Origin: Octopus vulgaris
Lineage: Eukaryota
Reading direction: 5' to 3'
Assembly: GCA_951406725.2 (NCBI GenBank)
Contig: OX597824.1
Coordinates: 77,252,001-77,316,000, forward strand
DNA length: 64,000 nt
In this document: positions 51,079 through 64,000 of the stretch, in pieces
How the letters are laid out: every line of letters begins with the position of its first letter
Position numbering within the stretch: the stretch's first letter is position 1
The notes under the pieces: model-generated
The model's input: only the letters and a program-made list of their open reading frames with translations
The model's database searches: none
What the model was told of the DNA's origin: nothing
Translations under genes and position numbers: made by a program

Positions 51079-52314
51079 TTAATATCTCATGTGACCACCA
51101 TTAGTGTTGATTACTGCCAGGTGTCTTCTGTACATTGGCTGCACCAAATGATTGATGAAGGCAATGAGGATAGCAGCTCACACTCTGTTAAAGCTTGCAG
51201 TGAGTTGTGCCACAGTTGTCGGTCTCAGATGGATGTCATTTATCCTTGTTTGGATTTCGTTCCACAGGTGCTCTATGGGGTTCAAATCCAGACTTAGGGC
51301 AGGCCATGGCAGAATCTAGATGTTGTGATTTTAGAGGAGGTCTGTTGTCAACCTGGCAGTATGGGCACGGGCAGTGTCATGTTGGAACACGTGATACAGA
51401 TGATGGGAAAAGTATGACACAATGTGAGGCCTGAGCGCTTGGTCAATGTAGTCCTGGTCTTGGCTGATGTTTCGGAAGACCACCAGCCTAAGTTTCTGGT
51501 CGAGTGCAATCCTGTCCCATACCTATTTCTTTATTACCCACAAGGAGCTAAACATAGAGGGGACAAACAAGGACAGACATAGGTATTAAGTCGATTACAT
51601 CGACCCCAGTGTGTAACTGGTACTTAATTTATCGACCCCCAAAAGGATGAAAGGCAAAGTCGACCTCGGTGGAATTTGAACTCACAATGTAATGGCAGAT
51701 GAAATACCGCAAAGCATTTCGCCCGGCTTGCTAACATTTCTGCCAGCTCACTGCTCCATACCATGATGTTCTGTTCTCTCCATAGGTCTCTCTCCACCAC
51801 ACAGCCATCAGCTTGACTTCTCCAAACCATAGTTCTGCCATCTGCCACAGAAATGCAATGTTAACTTTTGGCAGAGAAGACTACTGTCCTCCACTGCTGA
51901 TATCACCAGTTCTGACGTTTTTGAGCCATTTGCAGATGCGCCTGTCAATGATGATCTGTGAGGATGAAGCCCCTAGCCAGACATCAACAAGACAGATCAA
52001 AAGATCTCAACCAGAAGCAAACTGTCACTGGACAAAAGATGAGCCCCTATGGGCTGCCTAGCTGATTCCACTACTCTCCAGAATCACTCCTGCAAATGCT
52101 GTCAGGACAGGTAGCGATCTTGATGTGCCATTGTAACACTCGGTCGACCACTGCGTGGACAATCATCTGTGCTGTTTGTGGCATTGTATCATTTCCCCAA
52201 CCACTCAATTGTCTGAATACTGCAGTCCAAGTTATTAGCAATGACACAATGAAGTTGATCAGCATGGAGACATCGGATGGCTTGCTCCCTCTGAGTTCAT
52301 GTCAGTCTTGGCAT
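51079..52314 (-). pseudogene. Tc1 DD34E transposase pseudogene
   Basis: MPRLT..PRSGRPSVT..QDRY..DGRTMVWR..IMVW..FQHDTARAHTAR..LPWPALSLDLNPIEHLW..GGHMRY*; 34 residues counted between D and E; in-frame stops and a SINE insertion. Confidence 0.92.
51524..51755 (-). mobile_element. SINE-C nested in the Tc1 transposase
   Basis: 7-bp TSD CCATACC (51517-23, 51756-62). Confidence 0.9.
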
Positions 52315-52597
52315 GGTTGTAAATTTGGGTGGTGCTTTTTATACCCAGTGAGTCAACATTTTGCATGTGCACCATGCTTTTCAAAAAGATGTGTTTGCGA
52401 GCATTATCATGTTCACAAAAAATGTGTGAGTTCAAACCCTACATGCAATCCTTGTGTCTTCAAAAGAGAGTGATGTTGTGGGTCAGTGACATCCTCCTGA
52501 TGTCAAATTACCAAGAAATGTGACAAAATCCTTATATTCTCAATATTGTGTGTGAACCATATAATCTTTTACAGTGTGACATATCTTTTGTACTTCA

Positions 52598-52646
<49 letters not shown>

Positions 52647-52790
52647 ACACACCTGAAGCTGCTTTTAATTCATATATATATTTATAAATATGTATATATA
52701 AGAAATGCCAGTGCAGGTTTCCGCCCCAGCATCCGAAACTCGGAGTTTTATTATGGCAACTGAATAATTGTCACATATTATATTACAAAT

Positions 52791-52839
<49 letters not shown>

Positions 52840-52867
52840 TATATAAATATATATATATGTATATTAT

Positions 52868-52887
<20 letters not shown>

Positions 52888-52898
<11 letters not shown>

Positions 52899-53194
52899 GA
52901 CCGACCAGGCTATCAGATGTTGCTACATATCGCTGGACACAATGCGCTTCGCATTGTTTTAGCCTTCAAATGATGCCACCCTGCTGGCTAAGCGAGCAGG
53001 CCAATAGAAGAAAGAGTGAGAGAAAGTTGTTGCGAAAGAGTACAGCAGGGATCGCCACCGCCCCCTGCTGGGGCCTCATGGAGCTTTAGGTGTTTTCGCT
53101 CAATAAACACTCACAACGCCCAGTCTGGGAATCGAAACCATGATCCTACAACCACGGGTCCGCTACCCTAACCACTGGGCCATTGTGCCTCCAC
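52888..53194 (-). mobile_element. SINE-B' full length
   Basis: Reverse complement of 26554-26865; embedded in (TA)n. Confidence 0.9.
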
Positions 53195-53235
53195 ACATAT
53201 ATATATGAAGATATATATGTATATATATGTATATT

Positions 53236-53282
<47 letters not shown>

Positions 53283-53691
53283 GTATGTATATATACATAT
53301 ATATGTATGTATGTATGTATATATAACTGTGTGTAAGTGTGTGCATGCATACATGTGTATGAATATAGCCATGCGTGCTTGTATGTATTTACGTATGTAG
53401 AGTGGTTGAAGTCTTCAGATATAGGTGATGAGTGATAAGCAACGAGCGTGGGTGTGGAAGTATTTAATTGTTAATCTTGAGTATTAACATTTAACGAAGT
53501 AGCTATCAACCACAAATACCATATATTCTTAATCTAATTTCATGGCTTCTTTTCCCTTTGTTGTCTACACGCGCACACACACACACACACATGCACACAC
53601 ACACACAAACACGCACGCACGCACATGCACACATATTCACTTATAAAGATACAAATGCATATATATGTATATGTGTGTCTGTGTGTCTGTG

Positions 53692-53740
<49 letters not shown>

Positions 53741-53821
53741 CTGTATATATATATATATCTACATGTATGTGTATATATATATATGTATATATATATCTGT
53801 ATATATATATATATCTACATG

Positions 53822-53859
<38 letters not shown>

Positions 53860-53882
53860 AGCATATATATATACATATATAC

Positions 53883-53918
<36 letters not shown>

Positions 53919-53944
53919 ATGTACACATATATATATGCATATAT

Positions 53945-54020
<76 letters not shown>

Positions 54021-54842
54021 CATATATATATACATATATAAATTCCTTTTGCTAATTACTCATTCATTTGTTTATTTACTTCAGTATTATTATTATTTTT
54101 TTTTTAATATCTTGTTTTGCTATCTTCTTTCACCTTTCAAAAGTTATCATGTATATATCTTCCTATTCAGTATAAAGTTTTACTTTTTGTTTATTTTTCT
54201 ATTGTATGGAAAGTACTTTGCACAATACGCAAGCCATTTCTAATAACACTATTATTGCTCTTTGTTTTATATAAATATATAGCTTCTGGTGTACCCTATA
54301 TAATATGCGTGCCATATTTTAACAGTGTTATCTTCTGCTTTGTTTATGTATGTAACTTCTGTTGTACAAAATATAATGTGTGTACCATGCCTATTCATAA
54401 GGGTTTGATGTATGCTTTATTTATGTAACTTCTGAAGTACCCTTTGTAAGATACCTGTCATGTCTAAAACTACTGTGATTTATTTGTTACTTTGTTTTTA
54501 ATATACGTTTGTAACTCCTGGGGTACCCTACATAAAATGTATTCAATGTCTAGTAACATTGTTTTGTAAAATATGGGTATTTGTTTGTTGGCTTTGTTTC
54601 AGTATCAGACTTAATAAATCAAGTACTTGTTGAGATTAGTCCTTCTAGATCCTTCAAGGTGAAGCCCTAGCATTTCCACAGTCCAACGACAAACAGATAA
54701 AATGTAAATCCTGTGGTGCTGTGTGTTGTATGTGTACAGTACCCAGTAGTGCTGATATTTTAATTATATTTTTGATATGTGTAAGTCTTGAGGTCCCAGT
54801 ATATCAGGCAGTCTTTGGATAGACCCAGTAATGTATTGGTTT

Positions 54843-55062
54843 GGCAGAAGCGTTTGCACGCTGGGCGAAATGCTTTGTGGTATTTCGTCTGCCGATACGT
54901 TCTGAGTTCAAATTCCGCTAGGTTGACTTTGCCTTTCATCCTTTCAGGGTTGATTAGATAAGTACCAGTTACACAATGGGGTCGATATAATTGACTTAAT
55001 CAGTTCGTCTATCCTAGTTTGTCCTTGCTGCGTTTAGCCCCTTGTGGGTAGTAAAAAAAATA
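54843..55062 (+). mobile_element. SINE-C, slightly 5'-truncated
   Basis: Same body as 45036; possible TSD GGTTT (54838-42, 55063-67). Confidence 0.87.
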
Positions 55063-55555
55063 GGTTTTTCTTTGAGAAGAATTTGTAAATTCTTCAATCA
55101 GCTTTTCCTTATTTTTGGAGAAGGAGATGCAGTATGTGGACTCCAATGAACCTCACCACAGTGTGGCATAGCAGATTCCAAGAGAAAGAAATAGAGAGAG
55201 AGAGAGAGACAGACAGACAGATAAACAGACAGACAAATAAATAGACAAACAGATAGACAGACAGACAGACAGGGATGATAAATGGAGAGAAAAAATAGAG
55301 AGAGTGAGAGAAGCAGAGATAGTTAGTGTAATTGATTTGACCTCCATCCTCAAAACTGCCAGCCACATGCCAAAATTAAGAAAAATTATTATTGTTGTTG
55401 TTGTTGTTATCTGTAATTGATGTTGCCTACTCATTTGACATACTGTTAGTTTAAAACGATGGCAAGAAAGTGTACATGTACAATCTGCTTTAAATGCAAG
55501 ACAGTCCAAATGTAGAAAATGGAAAAGGTACAAACAGAGCCGATTATTGTGGGGA

Positions 55556-55775
55556 CTTTACTCTTTTACTCTTTTACTTGTTTCAGTCATTTGACTGCGG
55601 CCATGCTGGAGCACCGCCTTTAGTCGAGTAACTCGACCCCGGGACTTATTCTTTGTAAGCCCAGTACTTATTCTATCGGTCCCACTTTTGCCGAACCGCT
55701 AAGTGACGGGGACATAAACACACCAGCATCGGGTGTCAAGCAATGCTAGGGGGACAAACACAGACTCACAAACAT

Positions 55776-55828
<53 letters not shown>

Positions 55829-55976
55829 GCTTCTTTCAGTTTCCGTCTACCAAATCCACTCACAAGGCATTGGTCGGCCCGGGGCTATAGCAGAAGACAC
55901 TTGCCCAAGATATCACACAGTGGGACTGAACCCGGAACCATGTGGTTGGTTAGCAAGCTACTTACCACACAGCCAC
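55556..55976 (-). mobile_element. SINE-A full length
   Basis: Tail, internal (TA)n and head all present. Confidence 0.92.
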
Positions 55977-56051
55977 GAGCCAGTATCAAAAGATATTGAG
56001 AGGGACATGAAGAAAATGGGAAAAGGGTTTCCAGTAGAGATGTAAAATGTT

Positions 56052-56540
56052 TGCTTCCTTTCCATCTACCAAATCCACTCACAAGGCTTTGGTCGGCACA
56101 AGGCTATAGTAGAAGACGTGGAGGCGCAATGGCCCAGTGGTTAGGGCAGCGGACTCGCGGTCGTAGGATCGCGATTTCGATTCCCAGACCGGGCGTTGTG
56201 AGTGTTTATTGAACGAAAACACCTAAAAGCTCCACGAGGCTCACTGTTATTTCCTGTTTCTGTTGTACCTGTATTTCAAAGGGCCGGCCTTGTCACTCTC
56301 TGTGTCACGCTGAATATCCCCGAGAACTACGTTATGGGTACACGTGTCTGTGGAGTGCTCAGCCACTTACATGTTAATTTCACGATCAGGCTGTTCCGTT
56401 GATTCGGATCAACTGGAACCCTCGTCGTCGTAACCGACGGAGTGCTTCCACCATAATAGAAGACACTTGCCCAAAGTGCCACGCAGTGGGTCTGAACCTG
56501 GAACTATGTGGTTGGTAAGCAAGCTACTTACCACACAGCA
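56052..56540 (-). mobile_element. SINE-A head fragment hosting a nested SINE-B
   Basis: Sequence breaks at atagtagaagac and resumes acttgcccaaagtgcc. Confidence 0.85.
56118..56452 (+). mobile_element. SINE-B, internally deleted, nested
   Basis: 12-bp TSD ATA(G/A)TAGAAGAC (56106-17, 56453-64). Confidence 0.9.
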
Positions 56541-56899
56541 TTTTTTTTTTTTGAGTTCCTCCCTTTTTGATTAACCCAATCCTCTCATTTACAACCAGTT
56601 GGAGGATTAGTCTAAATCCTGAGAGTGATCATATTCCATATTCTGAAGAACTCAATCTCAAGGTCCCTATACTTTGACAGATTTTCAGTGAAATTAATGG
56701 AAGCATTATGGTCTGCTGGTATTTTCATCAATCAGCATACAAATGTTTAATTATGATGTCTGGCCTGTATGCTTTGATTTCCATCCATATGTCTTCCCAA
56801 GCATATCTCATAGAATGATAACATTATCATTCTTGATAAACTGTTTCTGGTTTGTAGTCATACCAATTTCCAGAGACACTGATGTTATATTCCCGCCAG

Positions 56900-57085
<186 letters not shown>

Positions 57086-57699
57086 GCCACTGCTGCTGCT
57101 CTGCCACAACCCCCACCACCATTTCCTCATCTTCTTCCACCTCCTCCATCTCATGAAAATATGGTTTATTAGTTTCTGTGATTTATAAGAGATAACATTT
57201 TTAATTATGAAAATACAAAAAAAAGTGAATAAACATTAATTAGTTATTTAATCAACTTAATTGTGGATCATAATCATTGATAGCCATGCGACAAAGAAAT
57301 TCACTCTTCTATCAAGTGATTCCAGGTTTGATTTCACTGTGTGGGACCTTTGGCAAGTCTCTTCTTTCAGTGACTCTGACTGGACCATGAGTCATAAACA
57401 GATTTAGGTAGATGGAAACTGAACAGGATCCTGTTCGGATGACCTGTATCCCTTCTTGAGTGACAGACTTAAACCCTCCCTCAGCTTAAGATCCCTATCT
57501 AGCTCTTAGGTCAAGGCCTATAAGAAGGCATAGATTTAGCCAGTATAAAATTCTAGGGCCCAAAGGGCCAAGGAAGAAGTCATAATTATGTTCCTGACCA
57601 CCCTCTAAAAAAAAGGAGAAGAAAAATTTTACAAGCCCATTTTAATTTTAAGATGACCCTCGAGAGTTCAAAAACAGTCTTTTTCTATTTTTAGTCTTT

Positions 57700-58096
57700 T
57701 ATTTTTTTATTACAGTCATTTGACTGTGGTCATGCTAGAACACTACTTTTAGTCAAACACATCAACCCCAGGACTTATTCTTTGTAAGCCTAGTTGGTAC
57801 TTATTCTTTCAGTCTCTTTGCCGAACCGCTAAGTTATGGCGACATAGACACACCAGCATCAGTTGTCAAGTGATGGTGGTGGGACAAACACAGACACAGA
57901 AACAAACACACACACACAGAGACACTCACACACATATATATACACGACAGACTTCTTTCAGTTTCTGTCTATCAAATCCATTCAAAAGGCTTTGGTCAGC
58001 CTGAAGCTATAGTAGAAAACACTTGCCCAAGGTGCCATGCAGCGGGACTGAACCCAGAACCATGTGGTTGGTAAGCAAGCTTCTTACCACACAGCT
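57700..58096 (-). mobile_element. SINE-A, older copy
   Basis: cagtcatttgactgtggtcatgct...cttaccacacagc. Confidence 0.85.
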
Positions 58097-58283
58097 TTTT
58101 TTTTTGAGTTTCTACCTTTTTGATTAACCCAATCCTCTCATTACAACCAGTTGGAGGGTGAGCCTAAATCCTGAGAGTCCACGCAGCTGGACTGAAATTG
58201 GAACCATGTGGTTGGTAAGCAAGCTATTAACCACACAGCCACTCCTGTGTAAATTTTCTCTTCAGAGACTTGATTTAAGTGCT

Positions 58284-58524
58284 TTAACCCATTTCTTACC
58301 ATATTTCAGTTGAAATACACTAGTTTTGTTTTTAATAAATTTTGAAAAATAATGAAGAATTTAGTGAAATAAACTTTAATAAATTAACATTATTAAGATA
58401 GCATTTGGAACATAAATTAATATGACATTTAGATGGAATATTCTTATTTAGGTCACTTTAAATCAGGAAGTTTTTATCATACAACCAGGAATAATCTTAG
58501 GTGGTTTGGTAACAGAGGGATTAA
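58284..58524. mobile_element. TTAA-flanked MITE, family 1 (second copy)
   Basis: TTAA-CCCATTTCTTACCA ... TGGTAACAGAGGGA-TTAA; homologous to 2148-2371. Confidence 0.65.
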
Positions 58525-61026
58525 GCAGAGGCCATTGAAACCATGCCTCTGGTATGAGAATATCTCAATATTTTGTTGTGCTATTTCCGCCTGAAATCAA
58601 CCCGAGAATTGAGGTATATTATTCTTGTGTTTTTTTTCCCTAGACTTTCAGATGCCCTTCACAAAGGTCATGGCTGACACACTTCCTCCTCTGACAAAGC
58701 CACACCATATAGTAAATGATAATAATAATAATTATAAGCTTATAATGGTGCTGATCTTTGTTTGAGTCCTTAGGCAGTCCATATTGATCTTCTTAGATTA
58801 GTGAAAATAATTTGTATGAAATAGGAGAACAGACACAGATATCATATATGCTGTTTAACCTCTTCATGCTTGTTTGTTTTTTTGTTTTTTATCGTATGTT
58901 ATTTATTTACATAAGTCTCCAGGAGAAAACTTGAGCTGGTTAAAGGTCAGCAAAATAAAATATCAACAGAAATCTACTGAAGTAATGAGGGAGACTCCAA
59001 GAAATTGCTGAACCTGTGATGGGAAATGTCAACTAAATCTCCCTTAAATCACATCAAACCATTTTGAAAGAGAAAAAACAGGAGAACATATCAAGTAATG
59101 TAATTGTAAATATTACACCATGTCAGCAAAACAAAATGGTCATGGGTGGAAAGCTTTTGATTATTGATTATGGATTTGATGTTTTATTCTATGTCTTTTG
59201 TCTTTTACCAGGGACAAAACAGCAAGGATGATGACTATATTATTAGATGAGCTCATGTGGGGACCCATATGTGGCTCTACAATTGGCTAGAAATACCTGC
59301 TAAATTCCCTTTGGACCACATCCCACTGTCTTAAATTTAAAAGGCAAAGACACATTAGAAAATGTAATCTTAGATACACTAAGTCTGATCATGAAGAAAA
59401 TGCCTTAATCACAGTCGGAATGTCTTTTGGTGATTGTTCTGCTTGACTGAAGTCAAAATTCATCATCGTCATCATCATCATTGTTGTCGTCATCATTTTC
59501 ATCATCAATTTGGTCCAATCAAGCAGAACTTTCATCAAAAATATTCCAGCACAGCTGTAATTAATTACAGAAATGTACTTGCATAGCAAGTGATTTGATC
59601 TGAGATCGTGTGCTGCAACGAAAACAATTGCAGCGTGGAAGGTGTTTGTAAGCCATTTAAGAAACACACAAAAGCCGTTCGATTCACTTCAACATTTAAG
59701 TTTAATTTGTCAAAATATTTTCGGCGCTTTACGACCGTGACCTGTTCACTGACAAAAGTCCACGCTGCATCTGACATTAATTGCATATTCAATAAAAAAA
59801 AAAACTACTACTACTACTACTAGCCAATAAAGAAACTTCTATTCAGTCATTGTAGCATCTAAATCTCCCTAAAATCACACTCTTTTAAAGAGAAAAAAAT
59901 AATACTACGTATCAGATTGCTTAATCCATGATACAAGGAATTCAAAACTTTAGACAGAATGGTCACAGTTGAAAACGTCTTTGATCATAGATTTCTTTGA
60001 CTGGAACTGACATGATATACAAATCAACAACAACTAACACTACTATAATGGCCTCTGTTCCTCAGAGCTGGTCATATATCTCTACCAGTTGGGCAGTTCC
60101 AAAACTAATTGTTTCTTTGACTCTCATTACACTTGTTGCATCCAACCTTTTGCCCCTGCATGAACCATTTTTTCCCAGTCCTTTCAACCCAGAACAAATG
60201 TCTTCTGGAATCTTCCCCCTGCTCATATGTCTTGTCCCATAAGTATTGACCTCTAACGGTTTCAAAGGAGCATTGAACTTTAATGAGGTCATTAGTCTAT
60301 GATAACCTTCAAATGTCATAAACTCTGTTGTTACCCACTAAAATCAAAAAGTGAAAAAATAAAAACTACTGCAGCTACAAAAATAAATATAATAAAAATA
60401 AAATAAAATAATTTTTTTTTTTTATATTTCAACAGGTTTATTGTAAAATGTTTAGAACTATCATTTCTTAGCTTAGCAAGAAATGTATAACAAAATTAAA
60501 GAAAAAAAAAAAATTAGGATTAGGAAAAGGGAAGGATGAAGGGGTGGGGGTAATTATGTCATCAATTTCCTTTTCCTCTTCCTGTTCCCTTTTCTCCTCC
60601 TTTTCATCATCATCATTATTATGATCACAGCATCAATATCCTAATCATTATCATCATTGTCCTCCTCCCCATTCTCCTCCTTCTCCTCACCTCATCATCA
60701 TCATCATCATCATCAACATGGAAGCAATGACATGATAGTGATGACGATGATGATGATGAGGTTCACAAAATCTAAAACTGAATTAACTGAACTGAATCTG
60801 ACTGGCGTCTATTTGATTCTTCAAAATGTATTTATACACTTCAGGTTCATCTTACCCCTTACACTGACATACAACACTATGTTGTGTACTACACACACAC
60901 ATGCAGACTTACACACACACTACATGCACATTCACACTTATATATGTATATATACATTGAGGAAGAGAGTGGGATGGATAGATATGTATGTGCATGTGTG
61001 TGAATATATATGTATATATAAGTGTG

Positions 61027-61062
<36 letters not shown>

Positions 61063-61290
61063 GACATATATATGTATATATACATACATAGATGCATGCA
61101 TATATACATACATATATATACATATACATATGCATAATATATATATATATATATATAGACATATATATGTATATATACATACATATATATACATATACAT
61201 ATGCATAAAATATATATATATATATACATATGCATATATACATATGCATATATACATATGCATATATACATATGCATATATACATAATAA

Positions 61291-61572
61291 GACACCTGTG
61301 CCGGTGGCACATAAAAAGCACCGTCCGTGTCAGTGACACGTAAAAGCACCAACTGATCACGGCCGTTTGCTAGCCTCGTCTGGCCCCTGTGCCGGTGGCA
61401 TGTAAAAAATACCCACTACACTCACGGAGTGGTTGGTGTTAGGAAGGGCATCCAGCTGTAGAAACACTGCCAAACCAGACTGGAGCCTGGTGCAGCCTCC
61501 ATGGCTTACCAGACCCTAGTCGAATCGCCCAACCCATGCTAGCATGGAAAACGGACATTAAATGATGATGAT
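61291..61572 (+). mobile_element. SINE-D
   Basis: Internal units, core and (GAT)n tail. Confidence 0.87.
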
Positions 61573-61810
61573 ATATATATATATATTTCACTTAGGTGTA
61601 GTAAACCCACTGTTAGAACTCAATATACATCTGCTTAAAAAAACATTAGTCGAGTACAGAGCATAATAAGATATCAAAGGTATTAAAGATATTAAAGGTA
61701 TCACACAGTGAGTGTTAACCCGGAACCACGTGGATGAGAAGCATGCTTCTTATCAGACAACCACATATATGTATATATGTATGTATGTATGTATGTATTT
61801 CTGTGTATGA

Positions 61811-61850
<40 letters not shown>

Positions 61851-62024
61851 TTGTGTGTGTATGTGTGTAGGTTTGTGTAGTATGCATGTGTATACTGTGC
61901 ACTACACAAACACACACAGACATATGGCTCAGATAAGCAATAAGAAACCGTCTATATGATCTTCCAGTCTACCAGAAACAGAAGCTAAATACCCACCTCA
62001 AATCCCAACATGCTGTCATAGGAA

Positions 62025-62066
<42 letters not shown>

Positions 62067-62082
62067 GCGCATACAATTAAAC

Positions 62083-62120
<38 letters not shown>

Positions 62121-62900
62121 CTACTTAATGTCTACACATGTCTACTTAGTGTATTTTTATTTTGTACCTGTGTCAAGTAGCTGGCTCAGTTTCATTGTAA
62201 ATATATGTTAATGTATGTTAATGTTATGCACAACAAGCAAGTAGGTGTGCTAGTGAAGAGACGGAAGCAGATATCAGACAGAAATAGATTCAAATGAGTA
62301 TGTCAAACACTGGCGTAGAGAAGGAGAAATGAGATGTGCATGAGAATGGCCGGGGGGGTGGGGGGTGGAATTAGATGAGGAGGTGGGGGAAGGGAAAGAT
62401 TGAAGATGGAAGATGACATCCCTTATGATGATGGTCATGACGGTGATGATGATAATGATGTTAGTGATGACAGTTATCGCAGTAATGGTAACGATGGTGA
62501 TGATGATGAAAATGATGAAGATAAAGATGATCTGGTAATGACAATGACAATGATAACGGTAGTGATGGTGATGGTGATGAAGAGGACAATGATGATGATG
62601 ATGATGTGTGGGAGTGTCATACATGTATTTTTCTGTTTCTAAGTGTATTTTGTAGGGCAAGTGTATGAGATTTGTTATGTTTATCTGTGTGTGTGTGTGT
62701 GTGTGTGTATGTGTGTGTGTGTCAGTATGTGTGTATGTGCATATGTGTGTGTGTGTGTGTGTGTCAGTATGTATGTATGTGCATATGTGTGTGTGTGTGC
62801 ATATGTGTGTGTGTGTCAGTATGTGTGTATGTGCATATGTGTGTGTGTGCATGTGTGTGTGAGAATGTCTGTGTGTGAATATGTGTGTGTGTGTGTGAAT

Positions 62901-62932
<32 letters not shown>

Positions 62933-63273
62933 GACAGAGAGGGAGAGAGATTGTGTGCAGACTTGAAAATTTGTGTGCCAACAGAAACGTCTGGTGCAGT
63001 AGAAACCACTTATTCAAGGTGCCATGCAGTTGGACTGAACCCAAAACCATGTAGTTGGGAAGCAACATGAGCTACATTTCACAGCTAATTAATTTATTAC
63101 TGAGAACGTCCTTAATTATGACAACAGGCAAAATTCATTTACTTGATTAAATCATACTGCAGTATAAAAATTGTGAGGTAAACTTCATACCTTATGTAAA
63201 TACCTTGATAGAATGGTTTAACAGATGACTGTCTTATAAAGTATCTTACACATATCCTTGTTATTCCAGGTCT

Positions 63274-63657
63274 GTGGAGGCGCAATGGCCCAGTGGTTAG
63301 GGCAGTGGACTCACGGTCGTAGGATCGCGGTTTCAATTCCCAGACCGGGCGATGTGAGTGTTTATTGAGCAAAAACACCTAAAGCTCCTCGAGGCTCCGG
63401 CAGGGATGGTGGTGATCCCTGCTGTACTCTTTCACCACAACTTTCTCTCACTCTTACTTCCTGTTTCTGTTGCACCTGTATTTCAAAGGGCCGGCCTTGT
63501 CACTCTCTGTGTCACGCTGAATATCCCCGAGAACTACGTTAAGGGTACACGTGTCTGTGGAGTGCTCAGCCACTTACACGTTAATTTCACGAGCAGGCTG
63601 TTCCATTGATCGGATCAACCGGAACCCTCGTCGTCGTAACCGACGGAGTGCTTCCCC
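63274..63657 (+). mobile_element. SINE-B full length (tRNA-derived head)
   Basis: A box TGGCCCAGTGG, B-box-like GTTTCAATTCC; 12-13-bp TSD TATTCCAGGTCT(G) (63262-74, 63658-70). Confidence 0.92.
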
Positions 63658-63803
63658 TATTCCAGGTCTGAATAAGAGCATGTCATTGATGGAGTTAAAA
63701 ATGGTGACAAAAGGACTCAGGCAAGCCTTAATTAACTGAATGATTAACTGAGAATGTATCAATTAATTGGTTAACTGATTAACTAGTTTGACTGACGATA
63801 ATT

Positions 63804-64000
63804 CTGTCTACTATAGGTACAAGCCCTGAAACTTTGAGGGAGGGGGCTAGTCGATTACATCATCCCCATGCATAACTGGTACTTATTTCATCGACCCTGA
63901 AAGGATGACAGGTAATGTTGACCTCAGTGGAATTTGAACTCAGAACATAAGGACAGGCGAAATGCCCCTAAGTATTTTACTCAGCATGCTAAAAATTTTG
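63804..64000 (-). mobile_element. SINE-F, runs off the window end
   Basis: Homologous to 9255-9460. Confidence 0.8.

Larger units (their letters stand above)
50883..52600 (-). mobile_element. Tc1-family DNA transposon, decayed, near full length
   Basis: Degenerate TIRs (50883-50911 vs 52574-52600); adjacent TA; encloses transposase pseudogene. Confidence 0.75.

Noticed and set aside
60062-60319. 85-aa minus-strand ORF in non-repetitive DNA
   Set aside because: No recognisable domain or convincing splice sites; may be a very old LINE remnant; needs BLASTX
63274-63350. tRNA-like sequences, also at 56118, 26554 and in SINE-A heads
   Set aside because: A/B boxes are present but there is no proper acceptor stem, and they continue into SINE bodies, often with TSDs

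Overview
AT-rich eukaryotic genomic DNA saturated with microsatellites and interspersed repeats; the SINE complement and (TA)/(CA)/(GAT)/(GATA) density suggest an octopus (inference). No host protein-coding exon can be supported, and almost all ORF-track entries are microsatellite or SINE read-throughs. Contents: about 45 SINE copies in six provisionally named families (A-F), decayed LINE pieces (R4/Dong, four RTE, two CR1), a Tc1 DD34E pseudogene, a mariner fragment, non-autonomous Helitrons, TTAA-flanked MITEs and a pogo/Tigger-like end. Main hidden signals: (1) more than a dozen type-I hammerhead-ribozyme-like motifs with palindromic stem III, typical of Penelope-like/retrozyme elements, often next to (TA)n and including a divergent pair forming a 340-bp palindrome; (2) two SINE-LINE partnerships readable inside the window, one with a covarying 3' hairpin; (3) head/tail swapping between SINE families; (4) GGT-initiated target duplications for one SINE family; (5) a ~300-bp near-perfect hairpin; (6) an RTE C-terminus with three C2H2 fingers. 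All coordinates and alignments were read by eye; edges of degenerate copies are approximate.
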